A program made the position numbers and the translations under genes. Positions 49,160 to 58,023 of a DNA stretch of 64,000 nucleotides are shown in pieces. The notes under the pieces are model-generated. The model did not search any database. It worked only from the letters and a program-made list of their open reading frames with translations, and was not told where the DNA came from. Source of the DNA: a virus; IMG/VR virus record IMGVR_UViG_3300010334_000001, positions 6,450 to 70,449 of that record; one strand, given 5' to 3'. Numbering within the stretch: the stretch's first letter is position 1; every line of letters begins with the position of its first letter.

Positions 49160-49447
49160 TTATTCCTCGACCGCCTCCCTGGTGAATTGGTCGAGTGCCT
49201 GTCCGAGAGCAATGTCGGACAGGAGTGTGGGGATGGGTACTTCGGCGGCGCCTGCCCAGCAGGAAAGGAAGGCGGCAGCGACCAGCCCTAAGTCAAGGGA
49301 CAGGTCGATTAGGTCCGGGACGCTGTCAGGCATGATGCCTTCGGGCAGCCTTTCGGCTCCTAAAGCCCAAGCGGAGATGATTGCTAGGGCGCGCTGGCGT
49401 ACCTCAGGACCGTTTGATGGAATTGGTGATGAAGTCATTGAGGTCAT
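49160..49447 (-). CDS. hypothetical protein (start uncertain)
   Basis: ORF between the excisionase and DUF932 genes. Confidence 0.4.
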   Translation of the reverse strand: MTSMTSSPIPSNGPEVRQRALAIISAWALGAERLPEGIMPDSVPDLIDLSLDLGLVAAAFLSCWAGAAEVPIPTLLSDIALGQALDQFTREAVEE

Positions 49448-49646
49448 CTACGAGGATTCTGTGACGGGGCTCAAGACTTCCCGGACGTGATACGTCGGCC
49501 GTTGGAAGTGCCCCCGATTTGATGAGTCGATACACGTGTGTACGCGAGCAGCCTATGAAATCTGCTGCTTGGTTCACGGTCATAAGCTTGATGAGCGGTG
49601 TGTCAGCCTGAGTCATAATGGGGATTGTAATGACATCTTGACTCAT
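49404..49646 (-). CDS. excisionase / Cro-like HTH protein
   Basis: LMTVNQAADFIGCSRTHVYRLIKSGAL...RI..DDL..FI; divergent from the repressor; start could be 49670 or 49616. Confidence 0.8.
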   Translation of the reverse strand: MSQDVITIPIMTQADTPLIKLMTVNQAADFIGCSRTHVYRLIKSGALPTADVSRPGSLEPRHRILVDDLNDFITNSIKRS

Positions 49647-49884
49647 CCTGCAACTACTTTGGTTGTACACGAAACTGCCCCGTTCTTCCCCCGTTTGATG
49701 TGGATTGGTTTGTCGTGCCGTTTGTTACCTGTGAGTACCGTCACATTCTGCTGAGAATGCCTCACAACGTCAACTCTGTTTGCAAAATGCTCGAACAATG
49801 TGTGTCACGGTGTGACTATGTGTGTCATGATGTTTGATATTCGCCGCTAGATAGGCCTAGTGGCACTGGCACGGAGGATTGATA

Positions 49885-50274
49885 ATGACTCAAAAGGACA
49901 TTCAGCTTTCTGAAGACGCAGCCAGAAAGCTCGGGGGAGCAATAGTCCGTCATCGCGTTGAACGTGGATACCGAAGCGCACGAAAGTTGGGTCTTGAGTC
50001 CAATTTGGATTACCGCACTATCACCTCACTTGAAAGTGCTCGCCGAGCCAGCGTTTCAAGAAGCACGCTTGCTGTTCTGGAGCTGTGCCTTGACCTTCCG
50101 TCTGGCTATTTCCTCAGTCTTGTAGACGGGGATGACATGCCTGCAGACACCGTCGAGCTTGATATTCCAGTTGGAGTTTCGGCTAGTGCGGTGCAGCAAG
50201 CGCGCGTAGTTGCCCAGGCTGCTTTTGAGGCAGCATTACAGCAGTTGAAAGCTGCCGGCCTTCAGAAGGCATAG
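49885..50274 (+). CDS. XRE-family immunity repressor
   Basis: LGGAIVRHRVERGY.SARKL...LDYRTITSLESAR...TL..LE..L; GGAGGA RBS; only + strand gene in this arm. Confidence 0.75.
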   Translation: MTQKDIQLSEDAARKLGGAIVRHRVERGYRSARKLGLESNLDYRTITSLESARRASVSRSTLAVLELCLDLPSGYFLSLVDGDDMPADTVELDIPVGVSASAVQQARVVAQAAFEAALQQLKAAGLQKA

Positions 50275-50391
50275 GCGTCTAACAGCACGCCAGTACCAGC
50301 CAGTCACACGGTGTTGCAGAGTGACACAGGTGGTCGAGAAAATGCGCCGAGAAAGTCGCATTTTGAGCCACTCTGCAACACCGGACTGGAT

Positions 50392-50436
50392 CTCATAATC
50401 TGGTCGTCGTCGGTTCGAGCCCGACCCGCCCCACCA
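50392..50436 (+). other. attP core: 3' half of a tRNA with CAT anticodon (Ile2/Met)
   Basis: CTCATAA anticodon loop, GTCGG-TTCGAGC-CCGAC T-arm, CCGCCCC-A-CCA end; no 5' half; about 1 kb from the integrase. Confidence 0.8.
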
Positions 50437-50531
50437 CGAAAAGTCGTTGCAAGACATAAGTAAAAGCCACAGCGCAGTGACTAGTCGATAGGAATTTGGA
50501 CGTCATATCTAACATTTCATCTAACAGGGAG

Positions 50532-50657
50532 TTAGATGCAACCATCCGGTAGCTCGGGAGTTGCGGAATCATTTTCTGGCTTGAGTGAGCCGCACTCGCG
50601 GCACACTTGCCAGTCGTAAATAGAACTTCCGTAGGTCCACTCATGGCTGTGATTCAT
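50532..50657 (-). CDS. 41-aa CxxC protein (absent from the ORF track)
   Basis: GGAGAACTAGCC-ATG; MNHSHEWTYGSSIYDWQVCRECGSLK. Confidence 0.5.
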   Translation of the reverse strand: MNHSHEWTYGSSIYDWQVCRECGSLKPENDSATPELPDGCI

Positions 50658-50659
50658 GG

Positions 50660-50794
50660 CTAGTTCTCCCCCAGATCGTCGGGCACATGAGTCCAGCAGT
50701 AACGAGCACCGGCATCTGTGATACCCGCTTTGTTCTGGCAGTAGTCACACTTGAGCCAGTTCTTGCGAAGTGGCGGTAGTTCTGATTTCTTCAT
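50660..50794 (-). CDS. 44-aa Zn-finger-like protein (absent from the ORF track)
   Basis: GGAGAACTAGCC-ATG; KCDYC...YCWTH. Confidence 0.5.
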   Translation of the reverse strand: MKKSELPPLRKNWLKCDYCQNKAGITDAGARYCWTHVPDDLGEN

Positions 50795-50796
50795 GG

Positions 50797-50937
50797 CTAG
50801 TTCTCCTGTTCCGTGATGTCTACGTTGTCGGCCATATACGGCAGCGCTGTAGCCAGAAGAGTCATCACCGCGTGGGTGACGTGTCGGTCATTCTCATCTT
50901 CGTCCGTGTCGTATGACACTTCGATTGTTACTCGCAT
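50797..50937 (-). CDS. 46-aa hypothetical protein (absent from the ORF track)
   Basis: AAGGAGAACTGAG-ATG; MRVTIEVSYDTDED. Confidence 0.5.
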   Translation of the reverse strand: MRVTIEVSYDTDEDENDRHVTHAVMTLLATALPYMADNVDITEQEN

Positions 50938-50938
50938 C

Positions 50939-51106
50939 TCAGTTCTCCTTTACGGCTGCTGTTTCGCAAGCAACATGGTTGCCTGTATCGCCATTCCATT
51001 CCAGTGATTCGTCGGCATATTGCATTACCCCACAGATATCGCAGGTTGGGGTACTGCATGTGTCGCATACGGTGTCATCTGTCCAGCAGATGTGTTCCTG
51101 ATTCAT
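50939..51106 (-). CDS. small Cys-rich protein
   Basis: AGGAGAAGCC-ATG; CDTC..CDICG...HVAC. Confidence 0.5.
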   Translation of the reverse strand: MNQEHICWTDDTVCDTCSTPTCDICGVMQYADESLEWNGDTGNHVACETAAVKEN

Positions 51107-51408
51107 GGCTTCTCCTGTAGGGCACGCAATGCAGTAACGGCTTTCCATAGCGCGGCACGTTGGTCGCCATACGCTTCACCAAACACGTAGTCGTGCAGAT
51201 ACTCAACCGTTTCGATGCACTTGGCGAGCATGTCCCGCTGGCCCTGTTCGTAGGCCCGCTTGTTCGTGTCAGACAGGACGGCCTGCCAGGTGGCGTTCAT
51301 CTTGGAGATCTGCAAACTGACACCGGTGTCGATTAGATTGCACTCGCAGTGAACGGTTATGTCGCCACCGTTGGTGACGCATAGAACATGATGATGAAGG
51401 TTGCTCAT
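51103..51408 (-). CDS. hypothetical protein
   Basis: GGAGGAG RBS; CEC.LI...YEQGQRDMLAKC. Confidence 0.55.
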   Translation of the reverse strand: MSNLHHHVLCVTNGGDITVHCECNLIDTGVSLQISKMNATWQAVLSDTNKRAYEQGQRDMLAKCIETVEYLHDYVFGEAYGDQRAALWKAVTALRALQEKP

Positions 51409-51429
51409 TGTGCTCCTCCATATTGAGGG

Positions 51430-52590
51430 TTAGGGCTGCCCTGATGACAGCCATTTAGCGTAGGCGTCAGCGGCCTCGTCTTGTTGTTTAGCGGTTACGT
51501 GCGCATAAACCTTGAATGTTGTTGTGACGTCTTTGTGACCTAATCGTTCTGCCACTACGTGCGCCGGCACGCCTGCTTCCAGCAGCAGTGTTGCGTGGGT
51601 ATGACGAAGTGCGTGAGGTTTGATGTAGGTCACGTTGGCTTGCTCAATGATGGTTTTCCAATACCGAGCCATGTTGGAAGGGTTCAGTGGGCCACCGAAC
51701 ACGTTCGGGAAAACGTAATCGGCATCTAGCCATCGAGCGCCAGCTCGTAAACGATCTTCTTTTTGTTTAACTCTGTGTTCTTTCAAAAGGAGGACAGTCG
51801 CCGGGTCAATTGTTACTCGCTTAGACAAGCCACTTTTCAAACTGTGCTCAACCATGCCGCCGTGCACTTTGACCCTGTTGGTGTGGAAAGTAATCACTCC
51901 GGCTTCTAGATCAATGTCGCTCCAACGGAGCCCCAACATTTCGCCTCGCCTAGCGCCTGTTGCCGATTGGACGACGAACATTCGGCCGTATCGATCTTGC
52001 CGAATAACGTTGATAAGCCTGCTCATTTCATCAGGCGACCAGATTTTGGTTTCGGTGTGACGTGGCCGAGGGATAGCAATGTGTTCTGCTGGTGAATCTC
52101 CTCTGAGCCCGTATTCAGTCATGGCATCACGGAAGGCCTTCTTCAGCAATGTGCCTACGAATTCAACGGTACGTTTGCTTAAACCAGTCTTGTTAACCCC
52201 ACCTTTGGTCAATAGGTCGCTGTAGAAGCGCTTGATGTCGATTGGCTTGACTAGCTGTAGTTGCATCTGACCAAGAGTGTGATTACTTACGTATGAGATT
52301 TTTTCTTTGTAGGAGTCAATTGTTGAGGTTTTTAGGTCTTTTGTTAGTGCGTGGGCGGGCAGCCATTCGCTCAAGTAGTCACTTACGGTGATCTTGTCTC
52401 GAGCTGCTGCCCGCCCTACGCGCAAATCTTGGCGGCGTTGGTCACGCCATGCCAGGGCGGATTCTTCATCGTTGAAGCCGTAGGTTGTTCCTGCGTGCCA
52501 TACGACTTTCTTCCGGCTTGGGTTGAGTGGGTCTGGTTCGCGCAATACGACGTAAACCCGGTCGCCTCTCCAATGAATTCCTTCTGGCAT
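51430..52590 (-). CDS. int: tyrosine integrase
   Basis: TGARRGEMLGLRWSDID, HALRHTHATLL, ERLGH, TFKVYAH. Confidence 0.95.
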   Translation of the reverse strand: MPEGIHWRGDRVYVVLREPDPLNPSRKKVVWHAGTTYGFNDEESALAWRDQRRQDLRVGRAAARDKITVSDYLSEWLPAHALTKDLKTSTIDSYKEKISYVSNHTLGQMQLQLVKPIDIKRFYSDLLTKGGVNKTGLSKRTVEFVGTLLKKAFRDAMTEYGLRGDSPAEHIAIPRPRHTETKIWSPDEMSRLINVIRQDRYGRMFVVQSATGARRGEMLGLRWSDIDLEAGVITFHTNRVKVHGGMVEHSLKSGLSKRVTIDPATVLLLKEHRVKQKEDRLRAGARWLDADYVFPNVFGGPLNPSNMARYWKTIIEQANVTYIKPHALRHTHATLLLEAGVPAHVVAERLGHKDVTTTFKVYAHVTAKQQDEAADAYAKWLSSGQP

Positions 52591-52599
52591 GGCGTCAGG

Positions 52600-52848
52600 C
52601 TACCCAGCCAAGCGGGCTTTGGATATGAAATGTTCGTCTATGTGATTCATGACGATGTTTCTGTAATTGTTTAGAAGTGACGTTGCCCTGCAGTCATAGC
52701 AATATGTCCCTATGGCAGGCGAATGGTCCCCGTAATCGGTGTCACCCGTATAGTCAATGGTCTCTCCGGCCCAACAATCAGACGTGTTGATTGAAATGTT
52801 GACTTCGATGGCTCTTACGCTGTTGCATTCGGGGTTATGGCATTTCAT
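52600..52848 (-). CDS. Zn-ribbon hypothetical protein
   Basis: CHNPEC...CYDC. Confidence 0.5.
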   Translation of the reverse strand: MKCHNPECNSVRAIEVNISINTSDCWAGETIDYTGDTDYGDHSPAIGTYCYDCRATSLLNNYRNIVMNHIDEHFISKARLAG

Positions 52849-53092
52849 TGGCGGCCGCCTTTGCGCAAATATTGATGCAATCAGCCATGAGTTCCACGAA
52901 GCTTTCCACGCTAATCATGGAGCCTTCCATGGACGTTCGTGCTAGGTCAGCTGCTTCTGATTGAAGCCAGCTAGTTCCGTGGGTGAAGACGCGCTCTTTG
53001 GCGTTGACGCGCTCAATATCCACGATGCCCTGGCTTAGATTCTTAACGATCTGGCTAGCAGATTCTTCCGTTATTAGCTCTTCTGCAGTCAC
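52835..53092 (-). CDS. hypothetical protein
   Basis: AAGGAGAC RBS; coupled. Confidence 0.45.
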   Translation of the reverse strand: MTAEELITEESASQIVKNLSQGIVDIERVNAKERVFTHGTSWLQSEAADLARTSMEGSMISVESFVELMADCINICAKAAANEMP

Positions 53093-53298
53093 TTAACTGG
53101 TCTCCTTGTAGGGCAGGGGGCTAGAGATTCCACAGCAATCCCAGCCACGACCGGGTTGCTGCTTCGTACGGCTTGAAACATCTCCTCTCGCAGGTCAGGA
53201 TCAACAACGTGATGAATTAGGCATCTACATCCGTCTTGCCGCTTGAGGTATTCACGCTGGCGAGCAAGCTGCTCCTCGTGATCTTTGATTACTGTCAT
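53089..53298 (-). CDS. hypothetical protein
   Basis: GGGAG RBS; coupled. Confidence 0.45.
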   Translation of the reverse strand: MTVIKDHEEQLARQREYLKRQDGCRCLIHHVVDPDLREEMFQAVRSSNPVVAGIAVESLAPCPTRRPVK

Positions 53299-53299
53299 G

Positions 53300-53566
53300 T
53301 CACTCCCAACTGTGGATTAGCCATCCGCGTTTTTGAGCCTCCTCGGGCTCTCGGGTAATGAGGTCGTGGCAAGGACGGCACAGACACACCAGGTTGGTTT
53401 CGTCAGTAATGGAACCGCCTCGTGCTCGACTTTTGCGCTCATGCACATCAACTGAGCGTTGTTTCCAGCATCGCTGACAAATGGGATGCTGGGTCAGCAA
53501 CCGTACGACTAAGGGAATGCGTTCCTTGTCGTAGATTCGTTGCCTCTTGGCGCTGCGATATTTCAC
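53300..53566 (-). CDS. HNH endonuclease
   Basis: CQRC...DVHE..SRARGGS..D..NLVCLCRPCHD. Confidence 0.85.
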   Translation of the reverse strand: MKYRSAKRQRIYDKERIPLVVRLLTQHPICQRCWKQRSVDVHERKSRARGGSITDETNLVCLCRPCHDLITREPEEAQKRGWLIHSWE

Positions 53567-53817
53567 ATAGCACCTTCGGGAACCATGTACGTTGCCCTGC
53601 GGACGCACGCATCACACAGCTCTCTTTCGGTCCATGAGTCTTTCCACACATGACCGGTTGGCACCAAGCACTCATCGCAGTACACGATGTCAAGGCCGCT
53701 TGCTTGCGACGCGTTCTCGCTCATCGCACTGTTCTGATCGTTGATGCACGGGCCGCCCCTGTGTTTGCGTTGGTCACAATGCAGACACCGGTCTTCGTAG
53801 TTGTACGCGTGGGGCAT
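53563..53817 (-). CDS. Cys-rich Zn-finger hypothetical protein
   Basis: CLHC..H..C, CDEC, CDAC; AAGGAAA RBS. Confidence 0.5.
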   Translation of the reverse strand: MPHAYNYEDRCLHCDQRKHRGGPCINDQNSAMSENASQASGLDIVYCDECLVPTGHVWKDSWTERELCDACVRRATYMVPEGAM

Positions 53818-54518
53818 GTCTTTCCTTTGTTAGGTGTCGGTCTACTAAGTGCCGGTGTGGGGTTCTTTGTGATGCGGCCGGTTGTAACTACAGGGATGGT
53901 GGGAGTTGGCTCAGGTGATGCAGACGGCTCCAGAGTTACTGTTGGCGTTGGTGTTGGTGTAGGTGTTGGTGTAGGTGTTGGGCATGCTGCTACGCATGTG
54001 GGCCTGTTATTTGCGTCTGGGTACGCCAAGGGAATTTCAAGAGTTGTTCCGTTTGCTCCTGGCATGGTCCATTGGCCTGAGGTGAAGTTGTAAGAGCCAC
54101 CTGAGTAGCCCGCAACGTTTCCTACGCCATTCGCCGCTCGTGCTGCCTCAGCAGGATCTTGAAGTGTTTGCAAAACAACACGCATGCCAGCAAACCAGCC
54201 GCTGCCGCACACTTCGGGCGTGCACACAATCACTCCGCCTGTTTGACGGCCAGTAGTGGGATCAACAATTGCCCAACCGCCATGCTCGCCGGGGGACATT
54301 CCTGGCGCGTAAGTGGCGGATGCTAACGGTGTCGGCGTGGGAATTGGAGTTGCAACTGGGGTAGGTGTCGGCGATGGTGATGGTGCCGTTGATGCGCTTA
54401 CCGACGGTGTTGGGGTGGGTACCGGGTCTGCTGAGCTGACAGCAGCGTTTGATACGGCAACAAGTGATGCGATTGTGGTGAGTGCTGCTGTGGTGGTGGC
54501 AATGATTGATTTCTTCAT
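53721..54518 (-). CDS. secreted Pro/Thr-rich surface protein
   Basis: Signal peptide MKKSII...SSA; PTPTP linkers flank a domain GGWAIVD...GVIVCTPEVCG. Confidence 0.65.
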   Translation of the reverse strand: MKKSIIATTTAALTTIASLVAVSNAAVSSADPVPTPTPSVSASTAPSPSPTPTPVATPIPTPTPLASATYAPGMSPGEHGGWAIVDPTTGRQTGGVIVCTPEVCGSGWFAGMRVVLQTLQDPAEAARAANGVGNVAGYSGGSYNFTSGQWTMPGANGTTLEIPLAYPDANNRPTCVAACPTPTPTPTPTPTPTVTLEPSASPEPTPTIPVVTTGRITKNPTPALSRPTPNKGKTCPTRTTTKTGVCIVTNANTGAARASTIRTVR

Positions 54519-54531
54519 GCGGTTTTCCCCT

Positions 54532-54882
54532 CTAACTCCACTGTCCAGTGGGTTCTGCCATGAATTGGACGCGTTGTCCTGCGGCGGTCGTACGCAGGAT
54601 TTCCATTTGATCGCGCAAAGTTCTCAAGCGCTCTTTGATTGCTCGCACCTTGGCTTCGCTTAGTTCGCGATCTCGCAGAGACAATATGGTTTCGTCGTCT
54701 GCCGTGTATCGACGCAAGTCCATAGAACCGGTTGCGTCCAAGAAGGCGCGAGCGTATGCCTTGATGTACTCAACCTTGGCTTCCACCGATTCGTTGTCTG
54801 CTAACGCCAAATCGTCTGTTGCTGTGTCTAATAGACGACTGACGTCAGCAAGTTGGGTGAGCGTTTGCTCTAGTGAATTCAT
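54532..54882 (-). CDS. coiled-coil hypothetical protein
   Basis: Helical; AKVRAIKERLRTLRDQMEILRT; AGGAGAC RBS. Confidence 0.55.
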   Translation of the reverse strand: MNSLEQTLTQLADVSRLLDTATDDLALADNESVEAKVEYIKAYARAFLDATGSMDLRRYTADDETILSLRDRELSEAKVRAIKERLRTLRDQMEILRTTAAGQRVQFMAEPTGQWS

Positions 54883-54891
54883 CTGGTCTCC

Positions 54892-55356
54892 TTACGGCGT
54901 GCATGTCCACCGGCCCCCAGCCCAATGGCGTGCACCTGAATTTTTTCCATTCCAATTGAGCACCGTGGCAAAAGCCATGTGCTGATAGAAAGGTCCCCAC
55001 TTCTGCATTGGGGTCTTTCGAAGAGTCACAGCAATGTCGTGACCTGTCGTCTTGCCAAACATGGTTTTTAGCTCAGGTTCGATCATCCACGACGCACCTT
55101 TTGTCAATGCGTAAGAGAATTGGAAACCACCTGCGTAGCCGCCTGATCTGTTTGTAGAAAACCAATGGTTGTTGGATTCTCTTTTCAATACACATAACGT
55201 GAATTCGCGTTGACCGGGTAGTGCGTACTTGCCGTTGTAGAGCAAGACAGGCGCGCTCATCTCTGGCGCAGACTTCGACATGGTGATTGCCGGAGGTGCT
55301 GGAAGGGACGGGGTTGTAATGCTCAACATCAAGCCAATGGCAAGTACAGGGATCAT
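54892..55356 (-). CDS. secreted Rpf/transglycosylase-like (lysozyme-fold) protein
   Basis: N-terminal signal; CVLKRES (catalytic Glu)...N.SGGYAGGFQF...Q...G.RHW. Confidence 0.7.
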   Translation of the reverse strand: MIPVLAIGLMLSITTPSLPAPPAITMSKSAPEMSAPVLLYNGKYALPGQREFTLCVLKRESNNHWFSTNRSGGYAGGFQFSYALTKGASWMIEPELKTMFGKTTGHDIAVTLRKTPMQKWGPFYQHMAFATVLNWNGKNSGARHWAGGRWTCTP

Positions 55357-55427
55357 GAGACCTCCCTTAACGCAGTTCGTGGTGTTGACCAACACACCAC
55401 CGGAATATTCAGTTGTGATGCGGTTAT

Positions 55428-55616
55428 TTACTGTTCAGCGATCCAGTTTTGGATGGCTGTCTTCAGGGCAGCAAGCGTGTCGGCTGCTGCAATCTGGCCT
55501 TGCACGCTCTGACTTGGGACCTTCATGAGCGTGTCTACGTTGAACAGGTCTGTGAGTGCGTGACCGTGTCCTTTAAGTCCTCCGGTAGGGCTGATGCGCC
55601 CCTTGTTCATGTCCAT
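55428..55616 (-). CDS. hypothetical protein
   Basis: TGATG coupling to the upstream FN3 gene. Confidence 0.45.
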   Translation of the reverse strand: MDMNKGRISPTGGLKGHGHALTDLFNVDTLMKVPSQSVQGQIAAADTLAALKTAIQNWIAEQ

Positions 55617-56659
55617 CACGACACCGTGATCTTCAGGTCTCCTACTCGAGGAGACACGGTGATGTCGGCGTAAAGACTGGACTGGTATCGCTCGGGTGTG
55701 CCGCCCCATGTGATGCCGCAGGCGTAAGTACCGTCTACAAGCGTTTGACCCATGGAAGTTGGGAGGTCAACCCATCCGTACGCTCCGCGGGCAAATTGGC
55801 CAACATCTGTTGTAGCTGCGGGGGCTTCCGGTTCTGAACCAGGCTTATCGGTGTAGTTATGCAGTCCCCATTGGGATAGGACAACGCCCGGATCTCCTGT
55901 GGGACCGTTGCGGTCAAGGTAAACCTGTATGCGCGTCACAGTTCCGCCGGCAAGGGCAATAAAGGGGTTTGGGCTTCCGAAGAAAAAGTAGGTGGTCATG
56001 ACTCCGCGGTTATCGCCCCACGCGCTTCCTTCACCCGCGTACCAGTCACTTACTGACGACAGCCACGCCGGGTCTGTGGACCCTGCTTTTCCTGCGGACC
56101 AGGTGTAAATGTTGGAAGGGCTGAAGTCATATGTGCCGGGGGTGACGGTCGTCGACGCGTTGGTGAAAAACGTCACGGGCGCACTCCACGAGGAGCGAAT
56201 GTTGTTGTAAACCGTGCGCACAGCTCTGGAATAGCGCGTGGATGGAGTTAGTCCTGTTAAAGCCTGTGTTGTAGGTGAAATGGTGTCAAGAACTGCGTAC
56301 GACTGCGCTACGTCAGCGATTTCATATGACGTGGCCCCTGAGACTGCAGTCCAAGACAACGATGCTGTTGTGCTGGTGATGGAACCAGCAGCTAGTCCAA
56401 CGGGGGCGGGAAGGGTTGACGTGTAGGTCATGATGGTTTGTGAATACGTGGTTCCGTCTACCGTTGTTTCTAAGCGGTAGTCACCTCGCGTATTTGGGGT
56501 AGAGGTGATCTCGTAGGTGTAGTTAGCACCTGTGTAGAGAGGCGTTGGGTTGTTGACCTGATACAGCGTCCAGTTAGTTCCGGTGCCACCCCATGCGAGC
56601 ACGATGTCTTTCCACGGGCTGGTTCCGTAATACGAAATGAAATAGTCAAGGGGATTCAT
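55616..56659 (-). CDS. FN3-domain, minor-tail-like protein
   Basis: PAPVGLAAGSITSTTASLSWTAVSGATSYEI...LTGLTPSTRY; beta-rich C-terminus GWVDLP. Confidence 0.65.
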   Translation of the reverse strand: MNPLDYFISYYGTSPWKDIVLAWGGTGTNWTLYQVNNPTPLYTGANYTYEITSTPNTRGDYRLETTVDGTTYSQTIMTYTSTLPAPVGLAAGSITSTTASLSWTAVSGATSYEIADVAQSYAVLDTISPTTQALTGLTPSTRYSRAVRTVYNNIRSSWSAPVTFFTNASTTVTPGTYDFSPSNIYTWSAGKAGSTDPAWLSSVSDWYAGEGSAWGDNRGVMTTYFFFGSPNPFIALAGGTVTRIQVYLDRNGPTGDPGVVLSQWGLHNYTDKPGSEPEAPAATTDVGQFARGAYGWVDLPTSMGQTLVDGTYACGITWGGTPERYQSSLYADITVSPRVGDLKITVS

Positions 56660-56660
56660 G

Positions 56661-57140
56661 TCAGACTCCTGTCATGGCTTGAAGCGCGGCCACGTATTCG
56701 GCCGGGTTTCCGGGCACGACGATGGTGTTGTTGGTGATTTGCTTTCCTGTTGTTGCGTCCTCAAGTCCCAGCAGTTTGGATCGATGGGTCATGATTTTTA
56801 GGACGCTTTCAACTGAACGCGAGTCGCCTGCCATGGCGGCCGGCCACACAGCCCTTTGCAGGGCATCTAGCCTGTTGAGTTCCACTGTCAACATTTGATG
56901 CTTTGCGCTTTCATCTACAAGCGTGGCTGCATATCGAATAGCTTCAGAAACAAGCCCGGCAGCTGCTGTCTCAGTGATCTTTAGGGCTTCGGCTATCTGC
57001 CACCACGTTTGGCCTTCAAGACGCAGGTCGTGGGCCTTCTTAGCAAGCTTTGCTCGCTGCTCGGCTTCGTTGGCTTCAGACAGAGCTTTGTTTGTACGAG
57101 CCAATGCTTTGGAGGTGGTGGTGCTTTTTCTGGCCGTCAT
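56661..57140 (-). CDS. HTH DNA-binding protein (terminase-small-subunit-like)
   Basis: A.DLRLEG.TW.QIAEAL; ELNRLDAL..AVWP.A..GD..SV..VLKIM..RSKLLGL. Confidence 0.65.
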   Translation of the reverse strand: MTARKSTTTSKALARTNKALSEANEAEQRAKLAKKAHDLRLEGQTWWQIAEALKITETAAAGLVSEAIRYAATLVDESAKHQMLTVELNRLDALQRAVWPAAMAGDSRSVESVLKIMTHRSKLLGLEDATTGKQITNNTIVVPGNPAEYVAALQAMTGV

Positions 57141-57442
57141 GCTGGCCATCCGTCTTTTACAGCCTGTATGGCTGCTTTGATGGTTTTGTATTCCTTCATG
57201 ACTGCGCGTCGCTCACGCTCGTCAAGACCACCCCAAATTCCCCAATATTCGCGGGTAATGAGGCTGTGCTCAAGGCAATTGAATTGCACAGGGCATTTCT
57301 TGCAGATGTCTTTTGCTTGAGCTCTTTCAGTATGGGTGAGGGGGTGTTCTTCGGTGCCGTAGAAGACTTCTACGGGGACGGTGGTGCATCCTGCGTCGTC
57401 AAGCCATGAGTCCCTTGGCGTGGAGGGCAAGGCAAGTAGCAT
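57137..57442 (-). CDS. whiB: WhiB-family transcription factor
   Basis: W...AGC...VFY...AKDICKKCPVQFNCLEH...GIWGGLDERERR. Confidence 0.92.
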   Translation of the reverse strand: MLLALPSTPRDSWLDDAGCTTVPVEVFYGTEEHPLTHTERAQAKDICKKCPVQFNCLEHSLITREYWGIWGGLDERERRAVMKEYKTIKAAIQAVKDGWPA

Positions 57443-57854
57443 CGATGGCGTCTTGGCTGGTGCACTTGGCGTACCAGATCGGGTGATGAAGAAGGAGCCA
57501 GGATGCGACTTCTTCTTTGTTCGAGTTGCCACGTCCGGTTACCGCCTTTTTCCATGTTGCTGGGGGCGCTAGAGCAACGGATGCTCCAGTTTGTCTCGCG
57601 GTGATGCAAATTGCTCCAGCAACCATACCGAGTGATACACCGACACGTAAGTTGCGACTCGCCCCGATGATGGGTGATTCCACTGATACGTGGGTCGCTT
57701 CGCCCGTTTTGAGTGCATTCCAGACTGCATCGCCGATGACGGTGAGAGATTCCAGGTTGTCTTTTGGCTGGAGCACGATGTCGTCAAAGATGCCTGCTTC
57801 TGGAATAGAAATGGCTACCTTGGCGGTTCCGTAATCGATTCCGGCGTAGGTCAT
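57399..57854 (-). CDS. ruvC: RuvC-like Holliday junction resolvase
   Basis: YAGIDYG, VESP, P.TWKKAVTGRGNSNKEEV, DAIDA. Confidence 0.85.
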   Translation of the reverse strand: MTYAGIDYGTAKVAISIPEAGIFDDIVLQPKDNLESLTVIGDAVWNALKTGEATHVSVESPIIGASRNLRVGVSLGMVAGAICITARQTGASVALAPPATWKKAVTGRGNSNKEEVASWLLLHHPIWYAKCTSQDAIDATCLALHAKGLMA

Positions 57855-57856
57855 TT

Positions 57857-58021
57857 TTAGCCCGTGCTTTCTATGGTGAGAACGATCCACTCGTCTCCAT
57901 GTTGGGATTCCATGGAGTACAGAGCTGCGCAGAAGGCGCAGAAATACGTGGCTCGGTGCTTTCTAATTAGACACGTACTTGACGGCCTGGCGCAGGTTTC
58001 ACAGGGGATGTAATGACTCAT
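57857..58021 (-). CDS. 54-aa Zn-ribbon protein (absent from the ORF track)
   Basis: MSHYIPCETC...YFCAFC. Confidence 0.5.
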   Translation of the reverse strand: MSHYIPCETCARPSSTCLIRKHRATYFCAFCAALYSMESQHGDEWIVLTIESTG

Positions 58022-58023
58022 GG

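Noticed and set aside
50380-50436. Complete tRNA gene
   Set aside because: The 5' acceptor strand, D-arm and 5' anticodon stem are missing; interpreted as attP.
50393-50644. ORF-track minus-strand ORFs spanning attP (50393-50644, 50236-50457)
   Set aside because: They are antisense translations of the tRNA fragment; the RBS-supported gene is 50532-50657 in another frame.
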